Shown here: positions 37,324 to 41,118 of the stretch, one piece after another
Position numbering within the stretch: position 1 is the first letter of the stretch
Layout: every line of letters begins with the position of its first letter
NCBI GenBank assembly: GCA_041687875.1
Contig: JBDNJH010000138.1
Span: 1-41,118 of the forward strand
Direction: 5' to 3'
Length of the DNA stretch: 41,118 nt
DNA from: Flavobacteriales bacterium
GTDB lineage: Bacteria > Bacteroidota > Bacteroidia > UBA10329
Position numbers and translations under genes: made by a program
Notes under the pieces: model-generated
The model's input: only the letters and a program-made list of their open reading frames with translations
Databases searched by the model: none
Told to the model about the DNA's origin: nothing

Positions 37324-38349
37324 ATGAATCAGAATCTAGACCCAACTCCTGAAGGACAATTACCGATTGACAAGGAAACGGAGCGTGCATTACGTCCTGC
37401 AGGATTCAGCGAATTCAGCGGGCAGGACAAGGTGGTTGAGAATCTCAAGATATTTGTAAAAGCCGCCAAGCAGCGGGAAGAAGCGTTGGACCACGTGCTG
37501 CTCCATGGCCCTCCCGGATTGGGAAAGACCACGTTGGCAAACATTATTGCAAACGATTTGGGTGTAAGCCTCAAACTCACATCAGGCCCAGTATTGGATA
37601 AGCCAGGTGATCTTGCTGGTTTGCTTACCAATTTGGAACCAAACGATGTACTGTTCATTGATGAGATTCATCGCCTCAGTCCAGTTGTAGAGGAATATCT
37701 CTATTCGGCCATGGAGGATTACCGAATTGATATTATGATTGAAACAGGACCGAACGCTCGTTCGGTACAGATTAATCTTAATCCGTTTACACTCATTGGC
37801 GCAACTACTCGTTCAGGCCTCTTGACATCACCGCTTCGTGCACGATTTGGCATCAACGTGCGGTTGGAATATTATGATGCACAAGTTCTATGTGGAATCG
37901 TTAAGCGCTCAGCAGGAATTCTGGAAGTTCCGATACATGAGAACGCAGCATTTGAAATTGCACGCAGAAGCCGTGGCACACCCCGAATTACGAACGCTTT
38001 GCTAAGACGTGTCCGCGATTTTGCGCAGATCAAAGGAGATGGCACCATCAACATGGAAATAACGCAGTATGCCTTGGACGCGCTCAATGTGGACAAGCAT
38101 GGTTTGGATGAGATGGACAACCGGATTCTGCGCACCATTATCGAAAAATTCCAAGGCGGTCCGGTCGGACTGAGTACCATAGCCACAGCTGTTGGCGAAG
38201 AATCGGGCACCATCGAGGAGGTTTACGAACCTTTCCTGATTATGGAAGGTTATCTCTCCCGAACTCCACGTGGCCGCCAAGCCACAGAGCGTGCCTACGA
38301 GCATTTGGGAAAAGTCAATCCCGGAAAGGCTGGAACGCTCTTCGAATAG
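37324..38349 (+). CDS. ruvB: Holliday junction branch migration helicase RuvB
   Basis: [50 protein letters not shown] and RTPRGR. Confidence 0.98.
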   Translation: MNQNLDPTPEGQLPIDKETERALRPAGFSEFSGQDKVVENLKIFVKAAKQREEALDHVLLHGPPGLGKTTLANIIANDLGVSLKLTSGPVLDKPGDLAGLLTNLEPNDVLFIDEIHRLSPVVEEYLYSAMEDYRIDIMIETGPNARSVQINLNPFTLIGATTRSGLLTSPLRARFGINVRLEYYDAQVLCGIVKRSAGILEVPIHENAAFEIARRSRGTPRITNALLRRVRDFAQIKGDGTINMEITQYALDALNVDKHGLDEMDNRILRTIIEKFQGGPVGLSTIATAVGEESGTIEEVYEPFLIMEGYLSRTPRGRQATERAYEHLGKVNPGKAGTLFE

Positions 38350-38374
38350 GTTTTCTCGCGTAGCTCGAAAACTA

Positions 38375-38403
38375 TTTCACGCAAAGGCGCAAAGGCGCAA
38401 AGG
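38375..38403 (+). repeat. Left repeat arm (8-bp CGCAAAGG x3) upstream of the GxxExxY gene
   Basis: TTTCACGCAAAGGCGCAAAGGCGCAAAGG; inverted near-copies at 38826-38851 and 38929-38958. Confidence 0.85.
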
Positions 38404-38417
38404 ATTATTTTTGGGTT

Positions 38418-38795
38418 ATGAATGAGAATGAAATTGCTGCGCTTGTTGTGAATACTTCGTTCATGATTCATCGTGAATTAGGGCCTGGACTCTTCGAATC
38501 GGTTTATGAAGAAGTTTTGGCCTATGAACTCGAAAACCAAGGTTTGGAGGTTGAAAGGCAAAAAACAATTGATATTGAATGGGATGGAATCAAACTCGGA
38601 GCAGGATTTAAGGCTGATATTATTGTCAATAATAAAGTGATACTCGAGCTGAAATCGGTTGAAAAAGTTCAACCGATTCATCAAAAGCAGCTTCAATCAT
38701 ATTTGAGACTGACGGGATTAAAATTGGGCCTTCTTATCAATTTCAACGAGCGGCTGATCAAAGATGGAATTCAACGTATCGTCAATGGCCTTTAG
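38418..38795 (+). CDS. GxxExxY protein (PD-(D/E)XK nuclease-like)
   Basis: HRELGPGLFESVYE, ADIIV..KVILELKSV and QLQSYLRLTGLKLGLLINF. Confidence 0.93.
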   Translation: MNENEIAALVVNTSFMIHRELGPGLFESVYEEVLAYELENQGLEVERQKTIDIEWDGIKLGAGFKADIIVNNKVILELKSVEKVQPIHQKQLQSYLRLTGLKLGLLINFNERLIKDGIQRIVNGL

Positions 38796-38825
38796 TCCAA
38801 CGTCTGGCCTACTAAGCATCCCGCT

Positions 38826-38958
38826 CTTTGCGGCTTTGCGGCTTTGCGTGAGCTACCCCGTAGTATCCGTCCAGTTTGGTCAACATTCCCTTTTCTCTTT
38901 TCTGCGTGAGTTTGTTCTAAGACTCCCTCCCTTTGCGGCTTTGCGGCTTTGCGTGAAA
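38826..38958 (-). repeat. Two inverted copies of the repeat arm downstream of the GxxExxY gene
   Basis: CTTTGCGGCTTTGCGGCTTTGCGTGA at 38826-38851 and 38931-38956, with a degenerate partial copy near 38890-38910. Confidence 0.85.
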
Positions 38959-38990
38959 GAAATCGAAGCACCCGTAACTTTTTTCTCAGC

Positions 38991-39905
38991 GTGAATAAAG
39001 AAACCCTCATAAAACAAGAAGCCAAGCGATTGGGATTTCTGCAATGCGGTATTTCAAAGGCCGGGTTCTTGGAAGAAGAAGCACCCCGATTAGAAAAGTG
39101 GCTCAACGCCAACATGCATGGCGAAATGAGCTACATGGCCAATCATTTCGATATGCGATTGGACCCCACCAAACTTGTGGACGGAGCCAAAAGCGTCATC
39201 ACTGTTTTGCTCAATTATTTTCCTGAAGAAACACAGAAAGACCCGACAGCGCCAAAGATTTCTAAGTACGCCTACGGCAGCGATTATCATCATGTGATAA
39301 AAGGAAAACTGAAAGAACTTGTCGGGTTCATCAACCAAGAAATTGGTGAAGTAGGAGGTAGGGCGTTTGTAGATAGTGCACCTGTGATGGACAAGGCTTG
39401 GGCGGCCAAGTCTGGACTAGGCTGGATTGGAAAGAACGCGAACCTCATCCATCCGAAAAACGGTTCTTTCTTCTTTATCGGAGAGTTGATTCTGGATATT
39501 GAATTACAACCTGACCAACCCATCCGCGACCATTGCGGCACCTGCACGGCCTGTATTGATGCGTGCCCGACCGAAGCCATTATAGCGCCTTATGTGGTGG
39601 ATGGTTCCAAGTGCATTTCCTATTTCACCATTGAGTTGAAAGAGGCCATTCCAACCTCAATGAAAGGCCAGTTTGACGATTGGGCTTTTGGTTGCGATGT
39701 GTGTCAAGATGTGTGCCCGTGGAATCGGTTCTCAAAACCACACTCCGAACCGCAGTTCAATCCACATCCCGAAATGCTGGATATGACCAAACGAGATTGG
39801 GAAGAACTGACTGAAGATGTTTTTAAAAAGGTTTTTCAGAAATCAGCCGTAAAACGAACGAAATTTGAAGGGCTGAAACGGAATATTGAATTCCTGAAAA
39901 AGTAG
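38991..39905 (+). CDS. queG: tRNA epoxyqueuosine(34) reductase
   Basis: [51 protein letters not shown] and [13 protein letters not shown]. The start is probably GTG 38991. Confidence 0.95.
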   Translation: MNKETLIKQEAKRLGFLQCGISKAGFLEEEAPRLEKWLNANMHGEMSYMANHFDMRLDPTKLVDGAKSVITVLLNYFPEETQKDPTAPKISKYAYGSDYHHVIKGKLKELVGFINQEIGEVGGRAFVDSAPVMDKAWAAKSGLGWIGKNANLIHPKNGSFFFIGELILDIELQPDQPIRDHCGTCTACIDACPTEAIIAPYVVDGSKCISYFTIELKEAIPTSMKGQFDDWAFGCDVCQDVCPWNRFSKPHSEPQFNPHPEMLDMTKRDWEELTEDVFKKVFQKSAVKRTKFEGLKRNIEFLKK

Positions 39906-39906
39906 G

Positions 39907-40716
39907 TTAGTCGCAGACCTTATCAGGCATACAAACGGGTCCTTCAGAAACTTGCAGTTGTGCAGTAGGGTTTGCTTTTCGCCATTCGGAGAACGATTTC
40001 TCAAGCGTTTCTAAAAAGGCTGAAGAATCTTGTGCACCAGAGACAGCATACTTTCTATCAAAGACAAAAAATGGTACGCCTGTAACTCCCAGTTGCTGAG
40101 ATTCTTTAATATCTGCTTGCACGGCATCCGCATATTTGTCGCTTTCGAGTACAGCTTTTACTTCGTCAGCATTCAACCCGATTTCTGTTCCGAGGCTGAT
40201 GAGTGTTTCCGAATCATCAATGTTCCTCCCTTCGGTGAAGTAAGCTTTCAATAGCCGCTCTTTCATCTCGTTCTGCTTTCCGTTTGCTTTGGCGAAATGA
40301 ATAATGCGATGTGCGTTGAACGAGTTGGCAACAATGGCTTTGTCGAAATCCATTGTAATGCCCACCGAATTGGCCATTTCAGCTGCGTGACCGCCCATTG
40401 CTTTGGCCTGCTCAACAGGAATACCTTTGCTGTCAGATAAATGCTGATAAACGCTCGTGTTGAGGTCTGTTTTTAAACTTGGATTGAGCTGAAAGCTCTT
40501 CCAAATGAGTTCAATATTATTGCGCTCCGCAAATTCCGAAACGGCTGATTCAAACTTCTTTTTACCGATGTAGCAGAACGGGCAGACCACATCACTCCAA
40601 ACTTCAATTTTCATTTTTTCTTGTTGATTTTTGGATGCAATTTCCTGCGCACAAACACCACCGCTCAAAAGCAACTGAAGCATGAAACTCGTGGTGAATA
40701 GGAAGGTAAACCTCAT
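39907..40716 (-). CDS. DsbA family (FrnE-like) thiol oxidoreductase
   Basis: MKIEVWSDVVCPFCYIGK, SFQLNP and GVTGVPFFVFDRKYAVSGAQ; N-terminal extension resembling a signal peptide. Confidence 0.9.
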   Translation of the reverse strand: MRFTFLFTTSFMLQLLLSGGVCAQEIASKNQQEKMKIEVWSDVVCPFCYIGKKKFESAVSEFAERNNIELIWKSFQLNPSLKTDLNTSVYQHLSDSKGIPVEQAKAMGGHAAEMANSVGITMDFDKAIVANSFNAHRIIHFAKANGKQNEMKERLLKAYFTEGRNIDDSETLISLGTEIGLNADEVKAVLESDKYADAVQADIKESQQLGVTGVPFFVFDRKYAVSGAQDSSAFLETLEKSFSEWRKANPTAQLQVSEGPVCMPDKVCD

Positions 40717-40787
40717 CCGATTAATTCTTTCAACTCGCTGAACAACGGATAAAGATAAAGAGTTCGTTTGCCTACTTCATCAGGAAC

Positions 40788-41118
40788 CTAATTCAAACTC
40801 GCCAATTCCACCTCCATTTCCTTTTTTGTAGTGGCTGCTAGTTTCAAATCTTGCTTCAAACCATTTGAAACCTTAACGGTTCTATTAGCCATAAAGGGCG
40901 TTCCGTCCATAATGGAATAGCCCACCAATCGAACCGATTCGCCAACGGGAACATCACGGAAAGTGACCTTTCCATTGCGATGGTCGTATTCGCCACCCAT
41001 CACCGACTTGATATTATCGAAAACCAACCTCACCGAAGGGCGATAAACCGTATCCACCATCACAATCACGTCTGTTTTTTCCTGCACATCATAAAACTTG
41101 TCGCAGTTAATCCATCCA
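40788..41118 (-). CDS. C-terminal part of a hypothetical protein (GWINCD motif), truncated by the window edge
   Basis: The frame stays open to the window end: GWINCDKFYDVQEKTDVIVMV... Confidence 0.7.
   Translation of the reverse strand, partial: GWINCDKFYDVQEKTDVIVMVDTVYRPSVRLVFDNIKSVMGGEYDHRNGKVTFRDVPVGESVRLVGYSIMDGTPFMANRTVKVSNGLKQDLKLAATTKKEMEVELASLN

Noticed and set aside
38764-39115. ORFs 38764-38994 (+) and 38792-39115 (-)
   Set aside because: They are translations of the octamer repeat arms (FAALRLCV / RKAAKPQR) and overlap real genes.

Overview
Chromosomal segment of a Bacteroidota bacterium, probably Flavobacteriales-like, judged from TAnnTTTG-type promoters, gene families and repeat types. 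Positions 0.1-22 kb form a convergent polysaccharide locus. The plus arm is cysC-cysD-cysN (PAPS supply), hldE, a priming glycosyltransferase and a Wzi-like gene. The minus arm follows aspS: GT2, MBL hydrolase, CMP-ulosonate-type cytidylyltransferase, D-2-hydroxyacid dehydrogenase, SDR, Wzx, sulfotransferase, a Wzy interrupted by an in-frame TAA, a DUF115/Maf-like transferase, a WecB/TagA glycosyltransferase, gmd, fcl, wza and wzc. It suggests a sulfated, fucose-containing capsule, possibly with a keto-acid sugar made without a NeuB/KdsA synthase. Positions 24.5-27.9 kb are an accessory hotspot behind tadA: a toxin-antitoxin (TA) pair bracketed by a synonymous-diverged duplicate of the tadA 3' end, a 229-bp MITE, a second TA pair, a frameshifted orphan Rhs toxin with a putative immunity gene, and a 42-bp tandem array. 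The rest encodes an M16 peptidase, two convergent paralogous secreted proteins, an S1 protease, ruvB, an inverted-repeat-flanked GxxExxY gene, queG, a DsbA/FrnE protein and a truncated CDS. I found no rRNA, tRNA, CRISPR array, integrase or transposase. All assignments come from motif recognition by eye; no searches were run.
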